Assembly: GCF_006345805.1 (NCBI RefSeq)
Contig: NC_043004.1
Span: forward strand, 23,994,001-24,058,000
DNA length: 64,000 bases
Source of the DNA: Octopus sinensis
Taxonomy: Eukaryota
Direction: 5' to 3'
Position numbers and translations under genes: made by a program. Each line of letters starts with the position of its first letter. The first letter of the stretch is position 1. The notes under the pieces were generated by a model that was not told the DNA's origin, searched no databases, and saw only the letters and a program-made list of their open reading frames with translations. This document shows positions 25,266 through 39,885 of this stretch, in pieces.

Positions 25266-26539
25266 ATAAAACTAATGGAATGAAAACATACAATAAACGA
25301 AATTGTTCAATCATTATTTGGTGTCGCCTAGTATTAAAAGTGAAGCTGAATATCACGCCAGATACTTTGAAAAAATATTTCTTGATTACAGCAAAGAAAA
25401 CAAAATAACGAGTAACTTTAATTAAAAAAAATTCCGATTTAATTTTAACACTACTATCAATCAGTTAGCAGACCTTGGCTATTTTATCTCGTAAAATTAA
25501 AATAACAGAATAAATCAGTATAGAAATGCTCAGGTTAATATAATATGAAAAAAGAAGAATTTGAATTTCAAACAAGAAATTTAAATTAACAAAAATGATA
25601 ATTAGAGAAACATTGTGAGGGACAACATTAGACGGTTGTGAAAATACAATTTTATAAATAAAAATAAAATTGGTGGAAAAATATAAAGTAAATTTTGAAT
25701 TCACTTTATTATTTTTTTGATATTATTAACTCTCTTATAACAATTTGATAAATTTGGTTTCGATTTTTTGTAATATGATTTTTTAAAAAGCAAAACTTGC
25801 ATATCGTTTCGTTAATGTTACTTTATTATCTCATCGTATTTGAAAACAGGCAAGAGTTGAGATGTTAGATATCGCCATGAACGCCTCGTATTTTCTCTTA
25901 TTTCTGCTGTTGTAGTTACAGGTGGATAAATTGATATGGCCAAAAACAGAGGCATGGTCATCTCGATTTTTAGATATTATGTAGTTATATTGTAGTAACA
26001 GCTACGATACTTGTCCATTCCAAATAACTCTAAATAACTGTAGTATATGTCAACAAAGCGATGCACTGCTGCTTTAACGCATGAAGTCTGATGTTTAGTG
26101 TTCAATCCAAAAGAAATTTGATACAGTTCGAGATGTCTTCAACTTGAGAGATACGAAATTCCTGGTAAGAAGTTGGCGCTAAGTAATGGGACTAGAAGTA
26201 GTTTGGTAGAACAATTTCCATTAGCAGTTTGTATCCCATGTCTAAATCACTGCTCGATTAAAACCAATCATTAATGACATTAAGAATCAGATTCTACTTT
26301 ACTCATGGCAATTATGACGGATATATATATACTGATGCTATTATTGTTGTTCTTTGATCGTGGCTTAACATTATTAAAAAATATATAAGTTCAGAGAAAT
26401 TCTAACAGTGATGTTGCCATTTTCTTGTCACACTACATAACCTTATGTTTCTGTACTATCTTTTAAGAAAATATTCTTCAAAATGCATTATTTACGTTAG
26501 TTACATGTGACGGATATTTGCCCTCATCTTTTTCTTGTC

Positions 26540-26585
26540 AACACAGCGTTTCAGCTGATATACAATCCAGCCTTCATCAGGTGTC
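26540..26585 (-). ncRNA. Minimal hammerhead-like motif with a U16.1-to-C change
   Basis: GACAC CTGATGA A GGCTG GATTGTATAT CAGCT GAA ACGC T GTGTT. Confidence 0.55.
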
Positions 26586-26782
26586 TTGGGGAAATTTCGA
26601 ACCTGTGTTCTCATTCGTAAGGTTTTTTTTATGTTGTTGTTGTAATTATTATTGTTATTATTATTGTTGTTGTTGTTGTTGTTGTAATTATTATTATTAT
26701 TGTTGTTGTTGTTGTAATTATTATTATTATTAATGTTGTTGTTGTTGTAATTATTATTATTATTATTGTTGTTGTTGTTGTA

Positions 26783-26851
<69 letters not shown>

Positions 26852-26939
26852 TCGATTCCAGGAAGTGACCTGAATAATAATATTAACAACATCGAAAAAT
26901 ACCTTAGAGAATGAGAACCCAGGTTCGAAATTTCCCCAA

Positions 26940-26985
26940 GACATCTGAAGAAGGCTGGAAGGTATATCAGCCGAAACGTCGTGTT
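26940..26985 (+). ncRNA. Minimal hammerhead-like motif with GUC site
   Basis: GACAT CTGAAGA A GGCTG GAAGGTATAT CAGCC GAA ACGT C GTGTT; perfect 5-bp helix II, one extra A after A9. Confidence 0.65.
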
Positions 26986-27280
26986 AACAACAAAGAAGAT
27001 GAGGACAAATATCCATTAAATGTAAATAATGTAAATAATGTACATAATTCCTCACCTCTTAAATATAGAATTGTATTCTTCAAAATGATTTCAACAAAAT
27101 GGTGTTCAACAGAATAGCGTTGGACAGTATATTGCTCTGAAGAGCACGGGTATTAACTAACCGTCCAGTTATCTAATATCTGATGTAAAAACGATTGATA
27201 AGATCGATTGTAATTGATCTATAATATTGTGTATTTGAATAATACACCCATTCTTTTGTCAAATATACGAGTGCCTCTAT

Positions 27281-27689
27281 TACTCTTTTACTCTTTTACT
27301 AGTTTCAGTCATTTGACTGCGACCATGCTGGAGCACCGCCTTTAGTCGAGCAAATCGACCCCGGGACTTATTCTTTGTAAGCTCAGTACTTATTCTATCG
27401 GTCTCTTTTGCCAAACCGCTAAGTGACGGGGACCTAAACACACCAGCATCTGTTGTCAAGCAATGCTAGGGGGTCGAACACAGACACACAAACATATACA
27501 CACACATATATATATATACATATATACGACAGGCTTCTTTCAGTTTCCATCTACCAAATCCACTCACGAGGCATTGGTCGGCCCGAGGCTATAGCAGAAG
27601 ACACTTGCCCAAGATGCCACGCAGTGGGACTGAACCCGGAACCATGTGGTTGGTAAGCAAGCTACTTACCACACAGCCACTCCTGCGCC
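27281..27689 (-). mobile_element. SINE family B, near full length
   Basis: Reverse complement of the 8644 family from head to (CTTTTACT)n tail. Confidence 0.9.
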
Positions 27690-28437
27690 TATATATGTAA
27701 ATTTATCGTACAGACACGTGTGCACGTATATAAGCAGTATATGTGTGTGTATGTGAGCGATGCGTATTTGTTTGTATGTCTAGGGGTGTGTGGGTGTGTC
27801 TGTGTCTGTGTCTGTGTCTGTGTCTCTGTTTCTCTGTGTGTAGGTGTGTGTATAGGTGTGTGTAATTATATAAGCTGAAAATGTCTGAATCTATAGTACA
27901 TATTTACTAGATTTTACAATACATCCTGAAATGAAGCTTACGTAATTTGCAATATATTTCCAAAGAGTTTATCATGTAATTAAATTTAACAATATTATTT
28001 TTGCTAGATTTCAATGCGTCTATTAACCTTTCCTTAAATCAGCTCAATTAATTATGTGTCTATGATTTGTATGACGGACGATATTGAAGAACAGAATAAA
28101 AGGCAATAAAACAATAAAAGTCTCTCACATAGTGTGAAGATTCATTAGATATCTAAATGAAACGATATTTGTTTACGCTAGACAATGTATATTGATAGCA
28201 GAACTATTATAATAACTAGGATGTGTTTAGTACATTTTTTCGTCTTTAAAACTATACAGTATAATGATTAACGATTATGATAAAATCTTCGTATATTACA
28301 GATATATAATCTTAATGTTGTGGTTTCTTCATTAAGTTTTTTGACAGCAGATTTAACGAATGTACATTTGCAGAAATATATGAGCGTGTAATATCTATTT
28401 ATCTATCTATCTTCCATGTATCTACCTATCTACTATC

Positions 28438-28512
<75 letters not shown>

Positions 28513-29516
28513 TAGATAGATCTAGCCATTCATCCGTCCCTCTATCTATCTATATATCTACGTATCTATTGGTATATTACACTTTATCTATTTATTGTAT
28601 GTTACAATTTATTTGATTGTTACAAAAAATGAATTTTCTTTAAAAAAACGTAGCTAGAAATTGATTTACAGGTTGAAAGCTAAAAAAATAAATTAAAATA
28701 AGGAACCAACATATATATTTCAGTCCTAACATCCAGTTGACGGGAATTTCGAATCATTTGGTTTAATGCTAAGAAAGTTACCATGTTCTACATATATGGT
28801 GGTACAACTTCTTCAGGGTTAATATAGAGCTCGTGGATGTTAGGCAATCATTTTTTTCTTTTGAAGGAAGTTAGTAGCATAAAAGTTAAAAGCTCAATAT
28901 TGAAAGTGTATTTGATTAATACTTTTTATATATGTTTGTGAATATACCGTATACTATATATCATAATTTGAAAACAGATAAATAAATAAATAGATAAATT
29001 AACATTAAGATCAAGGTAAAGTTAAGATAAAATAAAAATGATAGTAAATACAGTAGAACATAAAATAAATAACATGAAATAAAATATAAAATGAAATAAA
29101 ATAGACTAAAAATAAAATCTATGGATTATTCTTATTGGTTTAGTGAGAGATTCATATTTGATATGATGATGATGGAAGATGGATGAAAATTTGAAAAATA
29201 ACCTTTACGATGCATATTTAGTAAAACTTACTTATCGAACTTAAATGCATATTTGAATGCAAATTTTAGATTAAAGTAATAGGACGTCGGGACGATAAAC
29301 ATTGATTACATAGTGACCCTTACGTGTCTCATTGAGCATATGCATGCACCTAAATATGCATATGCCCACGCACACATATACGCTTATATATGAGTGGATA
29401 TACATAAATATATGCATATATACACCTAAACAAAAAAAAACGTAAAATAAAAAAAATAGAATAAAAATATAAAATAACGTCAAATAAAAAGTAAATAAAA
29501 AATAAAAGTGGAATTA

Positions 29517-30230
29517 AAATGCAGTAATAGCGAGAGTCATAAAGAAATAGAAAAAGAAATATACGATAATATACTTAATGTATTTATATTTGAGAATTTA
29601 GGCCGATAGCTTACTGAGATACATCAGAAATATTTAGTCTGAGCACCGGTTAGAATATATAAATACAAAAATAAGTAAAACAGTTAAATATACGCAAGTT
29701 GACTCTAGTGAGGAAAACTAGTAAAAGATTAGCGGATAAGTTTTATGATTATTGTCATAACTAGGTATCTGTTTACTATTCTTAGTGTGTGTGATGTGTA
29801 TGTTTGTTATGTTCTGTTATTGTTAGTATAAGTATTGGTATTGGTTCTATTTTTTAGGTTGTATTATGGTATTTTTATTTTGTTTGCCTACGTTCGATAT
29901 ACATTTATATTGAGATCTGTTAACTGTGATATTCGTATTTATAGCGTTATAAAACGGTTAATGAAGATTAAAAATAAAAATTAAAGCGATAGCAAAATGC
30001 AAGAATAGCGAGAGTGAAAATGCAACAGACAGAGAAATATACTATAATATACTTGAAATATTTATATTTGAGAATTTAGGCCGATAGGTTACTGAGATAC
30101 ATTTGAACAATTTAGAATAAACACCGGTTTGGATATATAGATACAAAAATAACTAAAACAGTTATGAAGTATACGCTAGTTGACTATAGTGAGAAGAAAC
30201 AGCAAAAGAATAGCGGATAATGTTTATGAA
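29517..30230 (+). repeat. Diverged direct duplication of about 235 bp (29517-29750 and 29996-30230)
   Basis: Shared core tatttatatttgagaatttaggccgatag(c/g)ttactgagatacat and collinear flanks. Confidence 0.8.
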
Positions 30231-31360
30231 TATAAATTCAGGTTCTAAGAGTTATCTAATTTTCAGATAGAATGTTTACTTTAGTAAATTAATGATAGAT
30301 ATTTAAAATAATAACTGTCATCTTTTTGCGACGTACAAATAAATTATTAATTACATCCATTTCTTCTCCATTTTCTTCTGGTTCCCCACCCATTTCAAAT
30401 ATCCCGAATATATACCAATGACTTTCGCATTATATGATAGGGATTAAACCAGTGAAATATTTTGGATTATATAATCCCTTATGAGGATATGACTTTCTCA
30501 AATTAACTATATATAATGTGTGTGAGTGTGTGTGTGTGTATGTGTGTGTGTACGTATGTATATTTTCACACGCATTCCAATGTATTACTGTTGTATAATA
30601 TAAATAACGTATACGTAAATATGTCTACATGTATGCAAGTGTGTGGGGTGTAGTTATTCTCATATGTTGTATATTTCAAACACAACCACCAGATTTAATA
30701 AGACTGATATCAAGTTCAAATTTTAAATGAGCGACTCGGTAAACTATTACACAATGAAAAATCACTCAGAGCTGAAGTGTACTGGGGTCACTAACAAAAA
30801 TCTGAGAATGTAATGCTGATTATGGCCACAGAACAATGACCTCAACTAGTAAAAGTGTAAACAATTTTTCTTATTTTTTGTAATAAATAAATCGATAAAT
30901 ATTCAGAATAGTTCTTCGTCTGCTATGGAAGTTGCTATTATGTAGAATATATTAATATCCATTAGCACAGTTTGACACAAAGTAATTGTTTAAAATCTAA
31001 TTTAATCACAAATATTAGATTAAACGCAGTGAATCTTTGATATGTCAATTAATAGCGCACAGTGAGAAATTGTAGAGAAATATGAAGCAATAATTGAGTT
31101 TTTATCAGTAATTTTGAGAAGACAATATCTGGACATTCTTCGAAGAAAACACAAAAGGAAATAAATGATATAATGTTGGGGTAAACACGCGGCCGTGTGG
31201 TGAAGGGAGCTTTGTAAATCCTTTGTCCTAATCTCTATCACTCTTTGTGCCTGTTGAAAAAGTACTTTCTATAATGCATGAAACTATCCATCACTGGCAC
31301 ACTGCTTGTATGTGTGTTTGAGAGAGAGAGGGGGGAGAGTGAGTGTGTGTGTATGTGTGC

Positions 31361-31680
31361 TGTCACCAAAACTACATTGGGTCCACGGAGTTATCGCTCA
31401 GACTCAGATGCACTCTGCATCAACAGCAGATTGCATTCTCAGAATGATACCCTTTAGTGAACATATTGAGAAATGCGCAAAGCAACTACTACCACAATTT
31501 ATAATCTGTCCATTCTATCAATGTGCCATTCGAACACCAACACAAGTTAGATTAAATAAGGAAACCTTCTTCATTGAAAAATATAAGCCAAAACTTAACC
31601 ACTTCTAACATTTTTAAATAAGGAAACTCACCTTATTGAAAAAAATTTAAAACAAAACCTAACCACTTGTAACATTCTAT
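31361..31680 (+). mobile_element. Penelope-like element GIY-YIG endonuclease remnant
   Basis: CHQNYIGSTELSLRLRCTLHQQQI, frameshift, then MIPFSEHIEKCAK...RLNKETFFIEKYKPKLNHF*; YIG motif and E...YKPKLN terminus; the last about 64 bp are tandemly duplicated. Confidence 0.7.
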
Positions 31681-31987
31681 TCCTTCTATTCCTTCTAAAC
31701 CAAATCCTGTTTAATTAGACATTCCCAACATATTTGATTATCTCCCTTATACCCAGAGGAATCTCTGATTACCTTCTCCTGCCTGGAACTCCATATTTTA
31801 CAACATAGCGAAGACATGACACGATGTAGGTAAAGAATTTTGAAAAGAAAATACGAAACCGGCTATTTCTCCGAAAACTATGTTACTATACGCAACATTT
31901 TATAACATTTTTCTGACATAACGGCTTAAATACATTCTTTGACCATATAACACAAGCCTTCTGTAGTTTTTCCCATCTTTTTTGTTT

Positions 31988-32024
<37 letters not shown>

Positions 32025-32317
32025 CTTCCTCTTTTCACCTAATATTCAACTAGAACCAATATATCGTATTGTATGACATATTTGTACTATTTTAAACTGC
32101 AGGTGCAACCCAATTCAGAGCGTCTTTGCATTTTCCGTCTACTCTGTTTCTATCACAGGCTATAGGCCAACCCAAAGATATAGAAACCAATATTTGCTAA
32201 ATGTGCCACACTGTAGGATCAAACCCAGACCATCATAGCTTCGTAAAGAATTTGTTAACTTTTCGACCATACTGGAATTCTAAACGACCAATCGATCGAA
32301 CAATAGACTGATAAACT

Positions 32318-32466
<149 letters not shown>

Positions 32467-34899
32467 GGCATGCTTTTACTCAGCATTTATACAAGTTTTC
32501 CCATTGTATTATCAAGCCTGGAGCTACATGTTTTAGAAGTGAGCAACTTAACGAATGCTTGTTGTCATATCTCTTTGGATTTTTAATGTATTGATATAGC
32601 AAAACAATGTGGATTACTACTTAATCATATTTCTGCCACTGTTTTGGATGCATCTCTTTTATCTTCGACCAAAGCAACAAAAGAGTTTAGCGTAGCTAAC
32701 TTGATATAAATAACTATCAGAATTCCCTAGCATTACAGTCTGAAGTTTACAGTGGTTCTTAAACATTTTTTCCAACATGAACACCTTTGAGTTCAAAATA
32801 ACATGTTTTACTTTACTTGACTTCTATAACCATTCACTGTAATTTTTTTAAAAATCCAAATTTGTTTTGCTAACTTTTGAGATGAAAAATTTATTTCTAG
32901 CATTCGAACTATATTTCTAAAAGTTGTATTGATTACTTCTTTCATATATAAACTATATCTGCAATGTTCAGTGCAATTGAAGAATATATATCAACAATAC
33001 TGTTTGCTGTAATTCATTCGAGATATTTCAAGGACAGAGTTCTTACTATATCATTTATATACCATGCGATGTAGTCTGTATATTTTGATAGACATTATAT
33101 AAGAAAAGAAAGATAATGTACTGTTTCGTTATGAATGAACTAATCTTGCAAATGTTACATTCAGATGATAACTTGAAGGTCAATAACATTCGCAGATGTA
33201 AGTAGATTTTCCTACTGGGGAAAAAACCCAGCGAAGATAATACGTTTTACTGTATTCGAAAGTTAAAAGAAGTCACATCCTTCGTTTTTATACTAAATCG
33301 TGGATGTGTTTACATTCATCACTCTGAAAAAACAGATGCCAACACTTTGTACCAACACTGTATACAGGTGTGGACTTTATCAACCTTATGGAATAGACCA
33401 ACTCTGAATATATAATTACACTGTATATTTGTTACACTGAATATTTAATTCCACTGTACTAACATTCAAGTATATATAGACAGATGTAAATACCCTGTAA
33501 CAACTCTATGTATACACAGTTGTTAGCACCTCGCACATACACACTATGTATTGATAGGTGTAAATATAATGCTAAAACCTTTTTCATATACTGTACATGA
33601 ATTTATTTATGCGGAATAACATGTGACTTATTCATTTATTGCAGTTATTATTCAACATTCTTTGGCAAGCATTCTCTTAAAAGATGATATCTGATATATT
33701 AATATTCCATTTTTTCTTTAGAAAATCCTTCTTGTAGTGAAAGGATAAAATACATCCATGACATTTTTGTGAGGGAAAAAACGGGACTAAAGGCAGAAAA
33801 AAGATTATATTGCAGCAGAATTTACTCCAGTAAAAGCACTGAGAAACCAAATTGTAATGTAAAAACCGGGTATCGGTGATTTTCAGGTGGTTTTTCTCGC
33901 TGTTTTTAATATACATTCACAAGTTGTTAGTAAATCTGGGGCAATGTTATGACAAATTGCTGAGGTGCCACGGCGTATGATTGAATAAGGAAAGGCGTGG
34001 TTATACATCGAACCTCTACGAACTTCTAATACAGCATGTCTCCATTAAATATATAAAGCGATTCACCTCTATCCCCCTTACGGCTCTCACATATTTCAAA
34101 TGACAGATGGTTGTTCCTAGCCATTTATTAATATATATGTTTCTCCTCTGAGTGATTTATATAACAACATAGATTTCCATTTTCATTATCAATATTTTCA
34201 AAGCTTTCAGAAAGTTAAAAATCTACTGAGAGCTCCTGATGAAGTTTTCATTAAAATTTCCAATGCAAATCTTAGGCAAATTTGATCACAAACAATACTG
34301 AGAAAGCTTCTAAACTTTTGGAAGTACATATATAATTATCAAATGACACTTCTGCGCTAAAACATACACACATGTCTTGCTTCATAGATAGCCTAACTTT
34401 CTGTCCGTGTTAATAGGAATGGTGATCGATGCCATGTGCCTTTCAATTCATTTACCGCTTGTGTCAATTATCATGGCATTTAGCGTTGTATATGAACAGT
34501 GTTTGTAAATAATGGAGGTATCACATACACACTGACGCTGATTTCTGCCTGTTTCCACTGTCGAACGATGAACCTAATTGTGAAGCACAATGAAATCAAA
34601 TAATCGTGCATGATGATGGTGATGACAATGACAACGATGATGATGATGAGGAAGAAGAAGGAGGAGGAAGAATGGAAGGGAGGGGGAGGGGAAGAGTCGA
34701 TTTATTTTTATAATTACACGTTGACAACAATTTAACTTTGTTCTGATTAATGGTAATTATGTCTGACGCACATTTAAACATTTGATTAATTACATTCTTA
34801 GATGTTCTGTAACTCAGTGACTAGTGAGGAAAAACAGTGTCGTCTTCAACTATATGCCACCTATCTCCAAAAAGGTGGTGGTCTCAGCCAATATAGGAG

Positions 34900-35660
34900 T
34901 AGGCATCTTAGAGCAGATAACATCATTCAATCGGCGCTCACCATTTGGAAAACAAGTTATCTCATGATATGTACTTGTTATTCTAATTGAGGAGTTTAAC
35001 AGAGATATCACTGCTAAGCACGCCCAAAGTTGTGGCTAGGGTATCCAACCCCCTTTCTGTCCTGCCATATATTTAGGTTCTCCATGAATAGCAAATGGGT
35101 AACCACCTTCTAGTCTATGCCTATACTATACCTAGCGCTTACCTGTCTCTGTTCAAGGGACAGTATAAAAGCAATGGAAAAACAGAAAGAGCGACAGGCT
35201 ATTAACATGGAAACACTACCACAACTTATTTTTCTCTTATATAATTGGGGTTCATGCTGCGATTATTTCCTTCTAATTTCCCATGGTAACATGTATCCGC
35301 TCAGGGATGATTTTGCGATACTAAACATTTTGAGTGTGTTCAAAATCCAAGAATGATGGATCGTTTGATATACTGTTTTGTAATTGATCCATCTTATCAG
35401 TTCCTCTTGCAATTTCTTAGCATTTTCTAAGCAATAACAATTTGGTCTTTTATACTCTTGAATTTCTCCTACATCACTTCTAGTCATTAGGGAGTAGGAT
35501 TCATTCCTCTGAAAGATCTTATTCACAAACATACTTGCTAAGAATTTCATAGGCAATGATAAACAAATTAACGGTATGTAGTGAGTCCCCAGTCTGTTTC
35601 TTTTACTCGTTCACTATAAGGACTGTATTAGTGTTACTCCTGAGTAGAAGTATCCCTGTA
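34900..35660 (-). mobile_element. Decayed R4/Dong-like LINE reverse transcriptase core
   Basis: Frameshifted motifs in order: WINYKTVYQTIHHSWILNTLKMFSI (WIDYKKAYD..PHSWI), FHVNSLSLFLF (FQGDSLSPLLF), THLLFMENLNIW (HLLFMDDLKLY). Confidence 0.75.
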
Positions 35661-38120
35661 CGAGCTGCTTTGACCCCAGAGATGTTCATATCTTAAATAT
35701 ACATTGAAATACAATATAGTGAGGTTGTGATGACAATGTGTTTGATCACAACTCCTTTGTGCAGAGATGATCTGGTGTAAATATTAGTACTAACTAGTAC
35801 GATAGTAATAACTAGCATATTCAAATTGGTAGTAACATTGCATTTATACACATCACTGCTTAGCGCTCCCCCTCTGCAAGTTATAACTATGTCAGGAATG
35901 ACCGGTAAAGAAATCTAAAATATGTGCAGGAAATTTTTTTCATATTAAGATGTCTTTCACAATTCAAATAAAGTACATTGTTATATGAAAATATTTACAT
36001 CTGTTCACTTTTTATTTATTAAAGAAGACGGAGATATTTCAGATATTTTTCTGTCATCCTGAGTGGAGGCAACACGAGAAGATCCAGCTCTGAGAAACAG
36101 AGCCCTTTGTAGAATGATAGAAAAGGTAGATAGAGAAAGCGAAAGGGAGGAAGAACGACAGAGAGTTGGACTAAGGCAAGTCTGTATCAGTGAGTGATTT
36201 TATGCCTTAGCCTTTCTTTGGAAATGTAGTTATAGAAAATAGATTCCACATTATGTTCCCAATCACTTTTTTGTCTCATCTTAGTCCAAATCAAAAAATG
36301 CTGTCGATTAAAACACTAACTTCTCGTTTCATGTAAACTTCGAGTTTTTTGTCATGTTTTATGCATGATCCTTGACATTGGTAAACTATATTTGCATTCC
36401 TTTATTCCCCAAGTGTATGAGAATTGTAGTAATACAATTTTCAATTGTTCAACCATCTATCATCTGATAGCCAGAAGACATATTTCGTTTAATAATAACA
36501 AAGGATCGACCGAACAAGAAGAATATATTTACGTAAAAATAGGCTATATTTTCATGTAATTTGCTCTGGCAATTGTCAACAAAAGTAGAAATATCTTAAA
36601 TAAATTTCGTTGGAATAAACGTATAGAACATTGTTGTTGCATGTTTTAAAATCCATTGCAGCTGTCATAAAGAAAACTGCTTGAAATAAGGATAATTACA
36701 AAACACAAAGATTTTTTAACAAATATTGTGACATATTCTCCAGCAAACATCATTTGATGTTGCAATAAATGTTTGGATAAAAAATTTTAAACATAGAAAT
36801 AGGGCAATTAACTGTCGAGGAAATTATTATGTTAACTGATAAAGACTAAACTTAATTTCAAATAAAGCGGTCCAGAGCAACTTCATTATTGTTCATGTAA
36901 TAGCAAACTTCAAATATTTGCACAGGGCTCGCATTAAAACATATTTTACCAATACAAAGAGATTCATTGATAACTGAACGAAATTATTGGAAACTTTCAG
37001 TGATTGATGTTTGAAATCCTATAAATTTGTAAAACCAAACTTTACTTATAGCTACTCTTAATGGATAAAATAAAAGATATTTTACATTAGATAATGTAAT
37101 GTTATATATAATATGCGTCGAAATAGATGGGAAGGTCACGATTGAATGCTTATGTTTATAGGTATATTTCATTATGGAATCGGATTAATCAACAAAAATG
37201 TGTGGTTTGTGCGTGCGTGCATGTGCAAGTGAGTGTATGCGTGTGCGTGTGTGCGTACGCGCGTATCAATGCGCGCACGCGTGTGTGAGACGCGTTCTCT
37301 GCGCGTATTTTTCTTTTGGTAATATATTTAGAGTATCATTTCCTGAACTGTTTGTCAGTTGTCACTGCTTCTTAGATTAAACCAAACACTTTACAGAATG
37401 GCATTTCAAACACATAAATAAACTGTATGGAACTTCCTGCTCTCAGTTTCTCACTTCGTATTGCAGTTGGAAAGTATTGCTCAAACTAAGACCGGATATA
37501 GTATTATTGCACCTGCTAACATAAACGTCAACAATGTCTCATCGGAAGTTATAATTTATGTCAAAATATTGGAACACAAAATTGTTTCTGCATGTATTTT
37601 AAAGCCCATAATAAACAAACGCTCACTGGCAAAACAATGGATATTTAGAACCTACAGTTTATTCAATGATGTAATAAATATTTCCTGAAAGTTATGGAAA
37701 GGGTCTCTATGATAATGTCTTAGTATACGTGTATTTGAGTCTATATATGTGTGTGTGTGTGTGCACATGTGGTGGAATTTCCCTTTCTAGACAAGGGAAG
37801 ACGTTTCTGCAATTTCTTGTTGAACAACCTCCGGAGATGGTTTGTTTAGAGTGATCATATTTGTGTTGTACATTAGTTCACCCCTTCCATTAAATAGGCA
37901 TTGCCTACGTAGATGCTCGGTGTGCTACACATCATATGCTGAGGGATTGCAGAGTAACGTCAAAATGAGGTGTTTTGCCTAACACAATGCACGACATTGT
38001 CTGATAATTGAAATTTTATCTTTGCAGTTGTGAGTGCAAACGCTCTAACTGCAGGGCCACACGCATTTGCATATATACAGGTATGTGCATGCGTGCGTAT
38101 GTGTATGTGTGTGTATATAT

Positions 38121-38169
<49 letters not shown>

Positions 38170-38371
38170 TATGCATTATTTTATATTATATATATGATTC
38201 TACAGACATACATGTATATACATGTGTGTGTTAGCGTGTGTGTGACTGTGTGCATGCGCGCACGTGTTCAGATAAAGAACGTAGTAACACACACAGACAC
38301 AAACACTCACACACACATGTATATATATGTAGATGTATATATATGTGTGTATATATATGTGTGTGTATATA

Positions 38372-38431
<60 letters not shown>

Positions 38432-38456
38432 CATATACATATATATGAGTGTGTGT

Positions 38457-38496
<40 letters not shown>

Positions 38497-38640
38497 CTAC
38501 TGCTTGTAAATCTTCGAGGTTTATATTTTTGGCATCTGATTGTAACTGGATAAGAAAAATACATCTACTTTCCTAACCCTAATAAGCGTAATCAGTACTT
38601 CTTTTCTGTCAAGTTGTAGATTTGGTGGAATTTCGATGTG

Positions 38641-38923
38641 GATGCTACACTCCTACAATATCACAATGCCTAACCATACAATGTCAAGAAGACTAAGTGA
38701 TAACTTGAGAAACTTGAGGAGTAGTTTTAAACATCAGATTACGACATTTTCCGAACCATGGATCGATTCCTGCACGGACGGAGGTTCAACAATTTGAATG
38801 AAGTTGTGAACAGGTGCTGAGAGTTTTGTTGTCTCTAAGCCAGTCAAATGGTATAATCGCGGATTTGAGCTTCTGGCACAAAGATAGTAACAGGTAATAG
38901 AATATGATGGGATGTATTTTGAT
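38641..38923 (+). mobile_element. Mariner transposase C-terminal remnant
   Basis: LLQYHNA*PY..., SDYDIFRTMDRFLHGRRFNNLNEV..., SKPVKWYNRGFELLAQR*...EYDGMYFD; typical mariner C-terminus with stops. Confidence 0.75.
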
Positions 38924-39885
38924 ACACACATGCTTTTTATTCTTGCAAATACATTTTGATTTTGACTCAACCTAATATGCTTGTTACTCCTATATGTTTA
39001 CTTTAGAAAAATAGCGTTACTAATTTCATTGCTTCATTGTTTGTTAAGACCTTCTCAGTCACATCATCAGAATGAATGATAATAGTATTTTGTGCTGTTT
39101 GAACACTTTGCATTAAATCGGGTAAATGTTCGTAAGTGTTGGATACGGATTTAAAAGTATCCAAAAAGTAGTCATGGTATATGTAATGAATTATGTTGCA
39201 TGTGCTAGAACTTCGTATTCATTTTAGTTTTTGTTTTCTAGTAGTAAAGCATTCATAGTTATTTTTCTCATTTTTACGGAATTCTTTAAATAATAGTAAT
39301 GCTGTCAGCTAATCTCTATCTGCCTAATTTCATTTTGTGTACTTTGTATCTTGCTCTGTGTTGCAAATACACGTTCAAACGATGAGAAAGTATCAACATT
39401 TCAACAATGGCTTACAGGGACAATCAATCTGTCTGGTCTCTGCAAAGTTTGCAAAGGGCGGATTTGACAAGCCTGACTCGAGATCCGAACCATTGGTAAA
39501 AGACACTTCTGAAGACTGAACACAACTCTTTATAAATCGTGATTACGAAGTGAATTATTAAAATTCATACACACAAACATAGACATGCATACATACATAA
39601 ACAACATTCATATGCTTATAGCTTTATTCATAGATACACAGTGTATGTTTGAGCGCGAATTTAAGGGCAAATTGAGTACACAGAACCATATACATAATCT
39701 GCAATAAATTTGTCATTATCCCGCCAAGTACGTTAATCAAAATCCTAGAAATAGCAGCCAAATGTCTATCAAATAAATATTCGTCTCTTAGAAAAAATTT
39801 ACACGCACTGGATCATGTGTTATGGGATAAAATATAACAGCAAAAAAGACAAGACAGAAATTTATTCAAAGCAGGAACTTCTTTC

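Larger units (their letters stand above)
26490..27035. mobile_element. Inverted pair of Penelope-like terminal repeats around an (AAT)/(AAC) microsatellite
   Basis: About 26490-26640 is a diverged reverse complement of about 26885-27035; each arm holds a hammerhead-like motif. Confidence 0.75.

Noticed and set aside
26501-26944. Poly-Asn 147-aa ORF
   Set aside because: It reads through an (AAT)/(AAC) tract between the inverted PLE arms.
31805-31866. Degenerate hammerhead-like remnant downstream of the GIY-YIG fragment
   Set aside because: The core lacks U4 and U16.1, and the long helix II region does not pair.
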